A DNA stretch of 64,000 nt from contig JAVYOA010000002.1 in the NCBI GenBank assembly GCA_038734945.1, positions 124,001 through 188,000 on the forward strand. Direction: 5' to 3'. The DNA comes from Fervidicoccaceae archaeon (lineage in GTDB: Archaea > Thermoproteota > Thermoprotei_A > Sulfolobales > Fervidicoccaceae). Numbering within the stretch: the first letter of the stretch is position 1; the number at the start of each line of letters is the position of its first letter. The position numbers were made by a program, and so were the translations under genes. The notes beneath the pieces were generated by a model. It was given only the letters and a program-made list of their open reading frames with translations, did no database searches and had not been told where the DNA came from. Positions 31,237 through 39,145 of the stretch are shown here, one piece after another.

Positions 31237-31355
31237 CTCTTCGGGATTTCATTATACTTACTTTGAAAGAAAAAGGTTTTTCAATGAATAAAGTGCTCTC
31301 ATCCTTTTGAATTCCATATCTATGTTTGAAAGGCCATTCTTATATAAGGAGAAAA

Positions 31356-32423
31356 CTAGATACCTAATGTTCTGAGTAAGTCGAAGAAGAACCCGCTTTT
31401 TCCCAAGGCTCTTCTCAGAGCTTCTTGGGTAAAATCTCCCAGTCCAAATTTCACTAGCCATTCTTTTGGAACGCTCTTCATGAGCTTCCTCCTGAGCTCT
31501 CTAGGCATCTTTCTCAGGCTTCTGAGAACTCTTGCTTGAAGCCGATTTGCAAAATAGAGATGGGATCCTTCCATTAATTTCCTGTAGTTGATGTTGTTGT
31601 TTATTGATTCATATAGAATTCTTGAGCTCATCATAGATGTTCTTATTCCTTCCCCCGTCAGGGGGAAAACAGAGCCTATCGACTCACCTACTGCGAACAC
31701 CCTTTCTACTGGATTGGTTTTTTCTAGCTCTATGCCTCCAGAGATTATCTGTGCCCCTCTAATTCTTTTCACTATGTTGGAATTCAGAGCACCCTTCAAT
31801 CGAGGGTCACTTCCAATAAATGCAGTTAGTCTATCTATTAGGGAATAGAAGTTTTCCTGCCCTCCAACCCCCACATTTATTCCTTTTTCTCCCCAAGGAA
31901 AGATCCAATAATATCCAAGCAATGAAGTATCAAAATGGATCTCGATCATATCCTCTTCAAAATTTGTGTTTGTTTTTTCAAGTGTGACCTCAACAGCATT
32001 GATTCTGTCCCTGCTTGCCAGGCTCCAATATATTCCGTTGGATATTACCACATAAGCATTATTCAAGCTTTTCAGCTTTGAAGGATAATCCTCATACTTC
32101 TTCTTCACGACATCTATTCCTTCAAGAAGATAAGAAATTAGTCCCTCCTTATCTACTGTCCATCCCCACAGCTCTCCTCTATTTTCTGCTTTAAGCTCAC
32201 CATCTATGAATGCTCTATAGCCTCTGATTTTGCTCAAAACAAATTCATCGGGTATATTTAGTAGAGATTCAATTTGCTTTGGAACTCCCATTCCACATGG
32301 TTTTGTTGAATACCTTGGCATACTTTCGTAAACGCTTACTTTATATCCAGAATCGCTGAGTAATCGGGCAAGAAAGGCTCCTGAAGGTCCTCCTCCAATT
32401 ACAATGAAATTATCTTCTCCCAA
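31356..32423 (-). CDS. Geranylgeranyl-reductase-family FAD-dependent oxidoreductase
   Basis: GGGPSG, KPCG, GYYWIFP, NVGVG, VGES.G.V.PLTGEGIR. Confidence 0.85.
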   Translation of the reverse strand: MGEDNFIVIGGGPSGAFLARLLSDSGYKVSVYESMPRYSTKPCGMGVPKQIESLLNIPDEFVLSKIRGYRAFIDGELKAENRGELWGWTVDKEGLISYLLEGIDVVKKKYEDYPSKLKSLNNAYVVISNGIYWSLASRDRINAVEVTLEKTNTNFEEDMIEIHFDTSLLGYYWIFPWGEKGINVGVGGQENFYSLIDRLTAFIGSDPRLKGALNSNIVKRIRGAQIISGGIELEKTNPVERVFAVGESIGSVFPLTGEGIRTSMMSSRILYESINNNINYRKLMEGSHLYFANRLQARVLRSLRKMPRELRRKLMKSVPKEWLVKFGLGDFTQEALRRALGKSGFFFDLLRTLGI

Positions 32424-33325
32424 CTTAGACCCCCTTCCTCAAGGATCTTATTAGCAACGAACAAAGGCAGTTTTTCCATGACTTCGGATAGCTTTGCTTC
32501 TCCAGCATGACTAGCAATTTCTCTTGTTCTGTTAAGAAAAGAACTCAGCCACGGCTTGGCCTTTTCAATAAGTGTATTCCAATCGGACTTCTCTCCTTCG
32601 ATTTTAAGCCAGCTCATCATTTTATCAGCAAATGGAGGTTTCGCCCGAGACTTCTCAAAATACTCTCTTATATCGAGAATATCATCACTTATCTGATATA
32701 TGTAGCCTAAATACAAGCCGTAGTCTCTGAAGGTTATCAATAAATCCTTCCTCCCGGAAGCAATAGCAGACAGCATCAGGCTGAGTTGGAACAAGCTAGA
32801 TGTCTTCAAAGCAATTATTTCCAAGTACGTTCTCTTTGTTTCAAAAACATCTGCTATTTCTCCTCTTGTAACTTTTAGCCAAGTATCTACAACAAGCTTG
32901 ACAGCATCAAAGCCAAGATATTCGACGCCTTTTATTGCAAGAGGGATAAGTAAATTGCTAACAAGAACAGTCTTTGAGAGACCTTTCGCTATCCAAGCTG
33001 ATGGTCTTCCTCTCCTCATAACATCTTCATCAATTATGTCATCAATTGCTAAGCTGCACGAATGAACTAGCTCCAATGATGCAGCAGCAGGGATACCGTA
33101 TTCGTAATCTCCTTTCAGCAACTTCAGGAAATAAAGCATCAGCAATCCTCTTATTCTCTTTCCACCCTCGGATATGTATTTGGATACCTCAATGGCCTCT
33201 GTATCCACATCCCTCTCAAGTAGTGAGTTCAAAAATTCATCTAATACCGGCCTGTTCATCTCGAAAAAATCCTCAATCTCGTTTGATAGCACTCTGCTCA
33301 TCCTGCTCCACTCAGATATATTCAA
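32399..33325 (-). CDS. Trans-polyprenyl diphosphate synthase, probably medium-chain (hexaprenyl-type)
   Basis: GGKRIR, DDIIDED..RRG, KTS, YQISDDILD; small Cys five residues before the first DDxxD. Confidence 0.85.
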   Translation of the reverse strand: MNISEWSRMSRVLSNEIEDFFEMNRPVLDEFLNSLLERDVDTEAIEVSKYISEGGKRIRGLLMLYFLKLLKGDYEYGIPAAASLELVHSCSLAIDDIIDEDVMRRGRPSAWIAKGLSKTVLVSNLLIPLAIKGVEYLGFDAVKLVVDTWLKVTRGEIADVFETKRTYLEIIALKTSSLFQLSLMLSAIASGRKDLLITFRDYGLYLGYIYQISDDILDIREYFEKSRAKPPFADKMMSWLKIEGEKSDWNTLIEKAKPWLSSFLNRTREIASHAGEAKLSEVMEKLPLFVANKILEEGGLSWEKIISL

Positions 33326-33494
33326 AAAGGTTCTGAAAAAATTAATGTATAAATGGCTTTTTTTAATGTTTGTTTAGTTCCAGATTCTAAAATAGCAATA
33401 GACTGGTTTTAAAGCTTCGGATCGTTCTTTTTCTTTTATTCAAATAAGATGTAAAAGAGTTAGTTAAATTTCTTGAGATGTCAAGTGATTTTTC

Positions 33495-33565
33495 ATTCTC
33501 AGTGAGAGAGCTCATAATCATAGGCAGATTTACTGCCTCATCCGGTTTGCTTATCATCATTGCTC
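33495..33565 (-). ncRNA. Box C/D methylation guide sRNA
   Basis: C ATGATGA 33560-33554, 12-nt guide, D' ATGA 33541-33538, spacer hairpin, C' ATGATTA 33521-33515, 12-nt guide, D CTGA 33502-33499. Confidence 0.78.
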
Positions 33566-33575
33566 TCAAGATATC

Positions 33576-34688
33576 TCACTGAATGGGAGTAAAGGTAATT
33601 GATGAGAGTATCAGGAGAAGTGTGAAGATCTGTACAAAGAAGTTCAGCGTTTTTGCAGTATTCCCGCTGAACTTCCAAGCTATTATATCATTCACAAGCT
33701 TTCCTCCATCTGTTATGAAAATTGGTGCTGCGTTTATTATAGCGAGGCTTATGTTTATGATGTATAAGTAGAAAAGCAGATTGGTTAGAGGGAAGTAAAG
33801 AAAGTCTGGAATAGGAGATGGGGCTCTTGCCTGCTCCACTGTAATTCCTATTCTTGAGAAATTTGATGGCTTGTAGACCAATTTCCAAAAAGTCGTATTG
33901 GTCTTCGGATCATATACAGTTATATTAAACGTTGCTGAAACATTAGCATATTTTGATATAATTGGAGATATGTCTCCAGGAGTTGCTATTTGAGTTCCAT
34001 TTATAGCCAATATTACAAGTCCTGGGTTCAAGCCAGCTTGCTGGGCTGGATATCCATCATCTGTGGAAACAATCGAGGCGCCTGGAATGGCTACAGATAT
34101 TTGTGAGAGAACAAGAAGAAAAATGAGTCCGGCTATAAAATTAGAAGCTGGTCCAGCAGAGAGAACCTGAGCCCTTTTCAGTCTTCCAGCTGAATTGAAT
34201 TTCTCCTCGTCGGGCTCAACAAAGGCTGCTGGTATGAATATCGATAATATGAAACCAACAGACTTTATTGGAATCCCTACAGCTCTTGAAGCGATAGCAT
34301 GGGCTAGCTCATGAATTGTTGCTGATATTCCTATAGAGAAAAGAACGTATATTATTGCCGTTCCAGTTATGGTAATCCCAGGTATTATTGGGACTAGGCC
34401 GCCGGTGGCCTGTGTTGATATAAATCGGCTTGCTACAACACCTAGTATTGTATAGTAAAAGAGGAAGAGAGAGAGAAAAGTCAGGAGAATTCCTGCATAT
34501 AGAAAGGGCCTCAGCCATTTCTTTCCTGCTATCCTCTCGAGGAAGGATAGAGTTGTTTCCTTTTTATAAATAATCATAATGGGATTAACTTGTAGATCTT
34601 TCATTCTCTTTTTAAGAAAATTGAATATTAGAAGGATGGTTCCCCAGTATAAAGCTATTGCCCCTACTATTTCTAAAGTTGTTGCCAT
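33576..34688 (-). CDS. Site-2 protease (M50) with PDZ domain
   Basis: HELAH, AFVEPD, AGPASN, PDZ segment, NAAPIFITDGG. Confidence 0.93.
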   Translation of the reverse strand: MATTLEIVGAIALYWGTILLIFNFLKKRMKDLQVNPIMIIYKKETTLSFLERIAGKKWLRPFLYAGILLTFLSLFLFYYTILGVVASRFISTQATGGLVPIIPGITITGTAIIYVLFSIGISATIHELAHAIASRAVGIPIKSVGFILSIFIPAAFVEPDEEKFNSAGRLKRAQVLSAGPASNFIAGLIFLLVLSQISVAIPGASIVSTDDGYPAQQAGLNPGLVILAINGTQIATPGDISPIISKYANVSATFNITVYDPKTNTTFWKLVYKPSNFSRIGITVEQARAPSPIPDFLYFPLTNLLFYLYIINISLAIINAAPIFITDGGKLVNDIIAWKFSGNTAKTLNFFVQIFTLLLILSSITFTPIQ

Positions 34689-34715
34689 GAGCTATCCGCA
34701 TATTAATTCTCGCTT

Positions 34716-35432
34716 TCACTCTTTTATAATTTCGACTATTCTTCTCAACAGATCCTCCTCATATGGCAATCCAACAAATGCGGGCTCTCCATTTATTGCT
34801 ATTGCAGGTACACTCATCACGTTGTATTTGTCCGCTATATCTGGGTTCTCATATGCCTCCACTGTGTCAGCTCTTATGCTGCTACCCCCCTGCTTAAATG
34901 ACTCAAATGCGAACATATTAGCCAGCAGTGCAGCATAGGGGCAGTATGGACAGCTGGGGGTTATTACCACTTCTATGTGAACTGGCTTCCCTAGCTTTGC
35001 TATCTCCTTTTTCGTTTTTTCCTCCAATCCTGATTCATTCTCGCTTATTCTTATTATCGTTTCAACAAGGCTCCTTATTTCTTCTCCAGAAGGTATGCCC
35101 AGATACCTAATTCTCCCATCGAGAAACGCCACTGTAGGAGTTCTATCAACTTTGTATTTTTGAAACTCCTGAGGATTTGCATCCTTATCGTATACCTCAT
35201 AGCTTAGCAGTTTCTTTCCATTAACAGTAGGAGCAGCCTTGACGAAGTTCTCAATGAGCTTAATAGTTTCCCTGCAGTAGTAACAGTTTTTCCTTACAAA
35301 TATCTTTACATTGACCTCAGATTTCATATCTCTTAGCGCTTCCCCCAGAGCTTCCATAGTCTCTTCGTCTAGATCTCCTCCAGGAACCATTGGGTTTTCC
35401 GTATCAAGTTCTGTTATCTCATTGGATTCCAT
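34716..35432 (-). CDS. Protein disulfide oxidoreductase (two thioredoxin folds)
   Basis: CYYC and CPYC motifs, GIPSGEE, VMSVP; start placed at ATG 35432. Confidence 0.92.
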   Translation of the reverse strand: MESNEITELDTENPMVPGGDLDEETMEALGEALRDMKSEVNVKIFVRKNCYYCRETIKLIENFVKAAPTVNGKKLLSYEVYDKDANPQEFQKYKVDRTPTVAFLDGRIRYLGIPSGEEIRSLVETIIRISENESGLEEKTKKEIAKLGKPVHIEVVITPSCPYCPYAALLANMFAFESFKQGGSSIRADTVEAYENPDIADKYNVMSVPAIAINGEPAFVGLPYEEDLLRRIVEIIKE

Positions 35433-35597
35433 TGCCAACACCGCGAACAATCTTTTTTAAAAATAAGAAGATTTTAAGCTTTAAGTATTGTTTTTTTAAC
35501 ACTCAATCGCTTTATAAAAATGAGATGCACAATAGAGTTCTCAGTATATACAAGAAGTTTAATTTAATAAAATAGACTTTAAACTGGGAATTGAAAT

Positions 35598-35933
35598 ATG
35601 CTGTTGACATGTAACAGCAAAAAAATAGCTCTAGTCCATTCATCAATTAGATCTTGCTTAGCGGAAATTCTGTTAAGTAGAGGGTTATCTGCTAGTAAGG
35701 CTGGTAGGCTTCTCAGGATCTCTGGCTCAGCTGTTATGTATTACAGAAAGGGGAGTCGGGGTGGACTTCTAAAGAAAAGCATAATGGAAAATCCGAAATA
35801 TAGAAAAGCGCTGGAGGAAATAGCAGATCTGCTTATAGAGGATGACGAGAAGGGGGTTCTCTATCCATTAATAGAGGAAAGCATTTGCAGGCTATGTAAA
35901 GATGTAAGAAAAAACGTGCTTGTTGAAGATTGA
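35598..35933 (+). CDS. Predicted HTH transcriptional regulator (COG2522-like) with Cys residues
   Basis: IRSCLAEIL..RGLS...AGRLL.IS.SAV.YY.KG.RG helix-turn-helix; C-terminal ICRLC. Confidence 0.75.
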   Translation: MLLTCNSKKIALVHSSIRSCLAEILLSRGLSASKAGRLLRISGSAVMYYRKGSRGGLLKKSIMENPKYRKALEEIADLLIEDDEKGVLYPLIEESICRLCKDVRKNVLVED

Positions 35934-35949
35934 AATATAGGTACCTAGC

Positions 35950-36726
35950 TTAGATATTGGATTCGAACTCATTCATCTCTGAGATGATCCCCTGTATTCT
36001 CCCGAAGAGCTCCTCCAGCCCCTCTTCGCTTGTGCTTGAAACTGGAACAAAGTCGAATCCCACATCAAGAAGAAGATTGGCAAAGCTCTCAATTAGCTCT
36101 CTGGTTGATGCTCTTTCCAGTTCCGAAACTCTCTCAATTATTATAGTTGGATCATCTCTTAGTTCATATAGCTCATCTAGGTGCTCTCTATCCAAAGTAT
36201 CTACCTTTGTAATCGCATTTATCTGTGGAAAGCTGTGTCTGAGACTGACACTATAGGAGAGCAAAAGCATGGAGATTAAGCTATCAATCCTTGTCGCAAA
36301 AACAGCATCCACTAGAAAAACCACTACTGTCCTGTTTTTTGGGGCAATTCTCTCTATAAGCAAGTTTCCAGTTGGTCTATATGCAAAGAGCTCCATCTGA
36401 CCTGGAGTATCCAGCAGGTTATATTCACTCTCTACCCGTTCTATTTCTTTGTGCACTTCCCCTATTTTTGTGAACAAGTAATCCATGCTCACTAGAAGGG
36501 CGCCGTTCGGACCCAGTCCTCTGCTTATAGCTATATCTCGCGCATTAACAAAGGTCCTAACATCAACATCAGGGCTATACGGAATGCTCTCAATTGCTGG
36601 ATCTAGGTTTATCCTTGACACGCCTATTCCATTGAACTCTAGCCAGTCTCCCAAGGATTGAGTTAGTGTTGTTTTTCCTGAACCAGCAGGTCCTATGAAG
36701 ACTATATACTTACCTCTTCCCTCCAC
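35950..36726 (-). CDS. GPN-loop GTPase
   Basis: GPAGSGKT, NLDPA, GLGPNG, DTPGQME, TKVD. Confidence 0.95.
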   Translation of the reverse strand: MEGRGKYIVFIGPAGSGKTTLTQSLGDWLEFNGIGVSRINLDPAIESIPYSPDVDVRTFVNARDIAISRGLGPNGALLVSMDYLFTKIGEVHKEIERVESEYNLLDTPGQMELFAYRPTGNLLIERIAPKNRTVVVFLVDAVFATRIDSLISMLLLSYSVSLRHSFPQINAITKVDTLDREHLDELYELRDDPTIIIERVSELERASTRELIESFANLLLDVGFDFVPVSSTSEEGLEELFGRIQGIISEMNEFESNI

Positions 36727-37768
36727 TTCTCCTCACCACCACGTTCAATTTATATCCGCAATATGGACATCTTCCCTCTTCATCCAGAACATTTCTTTTG
36801 ACAAAGAAGCCCTCCCTCTCTATAACAACATTTCCACATTTAGGACACCGAGTGCTCTCTAGTGGATGTCCCCATACATTACCTATATAAACATGCTTGA
36901 GGCCAGCATTTCTTGCTTCAACAGAAAGCTCTTCGAGCTTTTCAATCTCCGTAGGGGGTAGCGAAGTTAGTTTATAGCTGGGATAAAATCTGAGAAGATG
37001 GAACGGAACCTCCTCGCTTAGCTCTGAGGCTATCCAGCTCGCAAGCTTTCCCAAATCACCCTTGTTATCCCCAATTCTTGGGACTATCAAGTTTGTTATC
37101 TCTATGAAGATGCGCTTTTCCTTCAGTATCTTGAGGAATTCATAGATAGGTGATGGATCGGGAACGCTCATATATTTTCTATAAAAATCAGGATTTCCGC
37201 TGGCCTTGAAATCGACCGTGGCTGCATTTAAATATGGATAGAACTCCTCTATGGCTTCTGGGCTCATGTACCCATTTGTTACTATGGTGGTAAAAAGACC
37301 CTCTTTTACTGCTAATTTTGCTACATCGTACATATACTCATAGAAAATTGTAGGTTCATTGTATGTGAAGGATATACCGTCGGCCTTGTACCTTTTAGCA
37401 ATCTCCACAATTTCTTCAGGTTCTCTGAACTCACCATATAGCCCTCTCTCCAATCTCGATTGACTGATTTCCCAATTTTGACAGAACGAACAGAAAAAGT
37501 TACAGCCTACTGTTGATATGGATAGTACCCTTGAGGAGGGCATGTAGTGCATCAGAGGCTTTTTCTCTATGGGATCCATTGCTATTGCTGTGAGGAGCCC
37601 ATAAACATATGTATAGAGAGTGCCTCCCTCGTTCTTTCTAACTCCACATACTCCAAATTTTCCTGGAGCTATTATGCAGTATCTGCTGCACAAATTGCAT
37701 TTGACATATCCCTTTGAATTGTATCGGATCCAATGCTCTGCTACTCTCTTGTTCTTGCTTATTGCCAT
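36710..37768 (-). CDS. amrS: AmmeMemoRadiSam-system-type radical SAM enzyme
   Basis: N-terminal C..C...C...G.CGVR, DPIEKKPL.H, CNFFCSFCQNWEISQ, FTYNEP, C-terminal CPKC/CPYC. Confidence 0.9.
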   Translation of the reverse strand: MAISKNKRVAEHWIRYNSKGYVKCNLCSRYCIIAPGKFGVCGVRKNEGGTLYTYVYGLLTAIAMDPIEKKPLMHYMPSSRVLSISTVGCNFFCSFCQNWEISQSRLERGLYGEFREPEEIVEIAKRYKADGISFTYNEPTIFYEYMYDVAKLAVKEGLFTTIVTNGYMSPEAIEEFYPYLNAATVDFKASGNPDFYRKYMSVPDPSPIYEFLKILKEKRIFIEITNLIVPRIGDNKGDLGKLASWIASELSEEVPFHLLRFYPSYKLTSLPPTEIEKLEELSVEARNAGLKHVYIGNVWGHPLESTRCPKCGNVVIEREGFFVKRNVLDEEGRCPYCGYKLNVVVRRSGGKR

Positions 37769-38592
37769 TCTTGCTCCTCCCTCCTCAATAGTTCAATTCC
37801 TTTCATCAGAAGATTTTTATTGACCCATTTTTTATCAGGCTCTCTGAGGAAAACCTTCTTTTGGCATCTTGGACATTTTGTAGAATCAGAAAATTGACTC
37901 ACTGAAGAAAAGAAATTTTTGAATGAAATTAAGGGAAATCCACAGCTTAGGCATCTAGTTGAGGCAGAATCGGAGGAACCAAACCAAAAATCGTGGATAT
38001 AGATGTTTAGATTTTTTGAACTTATGAAGCTGCTAACACCAATTGGTTTTAGAACAAAAATGTGTATTGGAATGCTAGAAATGTTAAGATAGAGTTTCAA
38101 AGTGTTTGTTAGCTCTTCTCTGCTGTTAACTCCAATATGCACTTCGATCATTGGTAAATCCTCCAAGGTCCTGCCCTTAAAGTGCGATAAGAAAGAGGCA
38201 TTCCTTTCAGCTTCTCCTTTTAAATATAGAACAAAGTACTCAACATAGTTTTCAACAAAGCTGAAATCATTCAATGAAGCTGGTGCTGCTATGCCAAGAT
38301 CTATGGATTTCTCTTCGGCTATCCCCCTCATAAAAGAAAGCTCCTCTTCTGTGGGATGGGAGCATTCTATTAGATGAAGCATGGAAGGTGAGTATTTGTC
38401 TATGAATTCTTCCAAGGAGTGCACATTGAATTCTATTTCTTTCAAACTTCCCAAGATGTACCATGGAGGGACCTCCGACTGTAAACAGGATGCTGAGAAC
38501 AGTACTAAGATTTTCCTAAAAGCTGAATAGTGAAACATATATAATCTTTCATTGAGAGTGAGAAATGCCCCACTAAATAGCATTTTCATCAC
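37759..38592 (-). CDS. Degenerate paralog of the adjacent radical SAM enzyme (no CxxxCxxC motif)
   Basis: C-terminal STRCLSCG..LI....F....KCPRC matches the neighbour's STRCPKCG..VI...F....RCPYC; N-terminal FHY...KILVL..ASC aligns with MHY...RVLSI..VGC. Confidence 0.65.
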   Translation of the reverse strand: MMKMLFSGAFLTLNERLYMFHYSAFRKILVLFSASCLQSEVPPWYILGSLKEIEFNVHSLEEFIDKYSPSMLHLIECSHPTEEELSFMRGIAEEKSIDLGIAAPASLNDFSFVENYVEYFVLYLKGEAERNASFLSHFKGRTLEDLPMIEVHIGVNSREELTNTLKLYLNISSIPIHIFVLKPIGVSSFISSKNLNIYIHDFWFGSSDSASTRCLSCGFPLISFKNFFSSVSQFSDSTKCPRCQKKVFLREPDKKWVNKNLLMKGIELLRREEQEWQ

Positions 38593-38843
38593 TGCTCTTC
38601 AGCAGTTTTTCTATCTATAATTACTCTATTACCAATTTCAATTTTGATTATTCGATGAATTGGAATTACTGAGCCTTCCTTCAGAATTATCTGGTCAAAT
38701 TGGGTTATTTCATCTATCTGATCCCCCGTTATAACTCTGGTTCCCCCCTCCACAAGCCTATCCCTAATGAATATCTTGTATTTCTCCTTAAACGTAGAGC
38801 CGCGAATTTCCTTGAGAACTCCCAAAATAGTCCTTCTAGTCAT
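38589..38843 (-). CDS. MJ1316/DUF504 (UPF0248)-like small protein
   Basis: I..VLKEI, I.IRDR, IPIHRIIKI motif; start placed at ATG 38843 behind a purine-rich SD-like run. Confidence 0.75.
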   Translation of the reverse strand: MTRRTILGVLKEIRGSTFKEKYKIFIRDRLVEGGTRVITGDQIDEITQFDQIILKEGSVIPIHRIIKIEIGNRVIIDRKTAEEQ

Positions 38844-39145
38844 AAGAAGATTCCTCTCCCCGCTGTTCAGCGGGGAAATATGCATTATTTGTTTCTCATT
38901 ACTTCCTAATAAGCTGTTTCTTCTATCTCGTAGCTGTTCTTTTTCTTTGAAAATGGAGGAGTTTCTGAGAAGTTTAGAGCTGCATTCCAGGCTGGAGCTT
39001 GTTTAAGCTATGAGCACGTCTTGAAAGCTTTGCTCCCTCTTTATACAGCATATAGTTCTGGGATATGCTAATTTCCATAGCTCCTACGCGCTATCTCTTT
39101 AATAAAGAGGGGTGTTTTTTAAAGTGCCAACTAAATTCAGAGTGC

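Noticed and set aside
33387..33569. 60-aa ORF MRAMMISKPD...
   Set aside because: No recognisable protein features; the sequence is better explained by the C/D sRNA and promoter DNA
38886..39005. Open frame upstream of the MJ1316-like gene (readthrough or pseudogene)
   Set aside because: No start codon, bounded by TAA, no recognisable similarity
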